From contig JAGIQG010000014.1 in assembly GCA_024679065.1 (NCBI GenBank), forward strand, positions 49,724,001 through 49,788,000: 64,000 bases of DNA, given 5' to 3'. Shown piece after piece: positions 62,926-64,000 of the stretch (position 1 is the stretch's first letter; the number at the start of each line of letters is the position of its first letter). The stretch is from Sphyrna mokarran (lineage: Eukaryota). Below the pieces are notes generated by a model, which was not told where the DNA came from, ran no database searches, and saw only the letters and a program-made list of their open reading frames with translations. A program made the translations under genes and the position numbers.

Positions 62926-64000
62926 GATACTAGAACCAAGCATCGGTATACACAGCCTGTAGCTTGTGGTCATGAATTTCCAGCAACTGATGCAAACCTT
63001 GGATTGCCCTTGGACATTCACTGCAGACCTTCTTGTAAATTACAGAAGTGTAACCCTGGGGGTCCGTTCAAGCACTAAGCCTCCCAAAGTATTTAGGCAA
63101 CTTTGATGTTGAGCAGAGTAATTTTAAGATTTTTTATTTTCCTGGACTGGGGATATTCAACACCTATTAAGATAAATCAGCCAGGGTCCGTGACATTGCA
63201 AACCGTACCTAACTATTGGGAAAAGCATGTTTGATTAGTTGACTGGATTTTCTTAGTTCATATTTTTTTTGTTCCTGTGTCATTTCATTTTAATAGCTAG
63301 TTCAGATCCAGGGTTTGACAGACAGTTCCAATTAGACTGAATTGAATATTCAAACCCAGGTCAGCATTTTAATTTCCATTTCAAATATTTGCAATGTATC
63401 AGCAAAATTATATGTTTCAGAATGATGTTCTTGGAACATGGGAATACCAATGCTTGCCTCAAAATATTAAGAAAGAATAAAATATTAGATTTGCATTTGT
63501 ATTAAAAACCTCTATTCATTGAATCTATGACCAGATTTATGATGTAGCTTAGCTCCTTCACATTTTGAGGGAAATTAGAAAGTCTTTTTTGAAAATAACA
63601 TGAACCCATTTATGTACCTAGAGGGGACAAAGTGTTATTTCATTACTGAATGTTTTCTCCAAGAATATCCATATATTTAACTGGCTGTGAAGGAGCGCTA
63701 GCTAAGGTCAACAGTATTTACACAATATTCCCACTAGTACTTAAGAAAACTCAGGTTTTAAGTAAGTGTAGAGAACAAAACTAATTTTGTGTCATGAAAC
63801 CTAATGTTCTAACTTATATATGGAATTCAATAAATTGAAAGCAACACTTTAGGTTTGATGGTAATATTCAATCGCGAGTACAAGTTCACTTAATCTGCAT
63901 AACTGCGGGTTCCAAATGATCTGTGCATATGTTTATTTAATAATGGGTTATGTGATATGACTCATCTTTAAATTAAAACATTGGGCAGAATTTTCCGATG

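Noticed and set aside
62970-63105. Short ORF MNFQQLMQTL... as an APELA-like peptide
   Set aside because: Only the first residues resemble it; there is no hydrophobic signal peptide or conserved C-terminal motif.

Overview
Repeat-dense, apparently intergenic or intronic vertebrate DNA. The V-domain (HE1-like) SINEs, Deu-domain SINEs, CR1, L2, Rex1/Babar, RTE, Penelope and PIF/Harbinger content points to a shark, possibly carcharhiniform (inferred, not verified). I found no intact host protein-coding gene, tRNA, rRNA or CRISPR array. Every recognisable ORF is a transposon relic or a read-through of a 25-bp minisatellite. Main features: a young 5'-truncated CR1 (53039-56476, -) with SGNH ORF1 end, APE endonuclease and RT; a second CR1 (57352-58522, +); a Rex1/Babar LINE (19885-21506); several decayed Harbinger transposase and Myb/SANT relics with MITEs; about 13 V-SINEs with two alternative tails; Penelope termini with decayed hammerhead cores; a 3.2-kb minisatellite with an 884-bp higher-order duplication; and a 135-N gap in exon-like unique sequence. 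The most unusual signals are recent local templated rearrangements: a 369-bp ~99% inverted repeat joined to a 58-bp direct copy, an identical 104-bp chimeric duplication, and an orphan ~79-bp insert with a 9-bp target duplication inside the CR1 endonuclease. I cannot support a genuinely new biological system from the sequence alone. Repeat boundaries are by-eye estimates and family names are from recall, not database searches.
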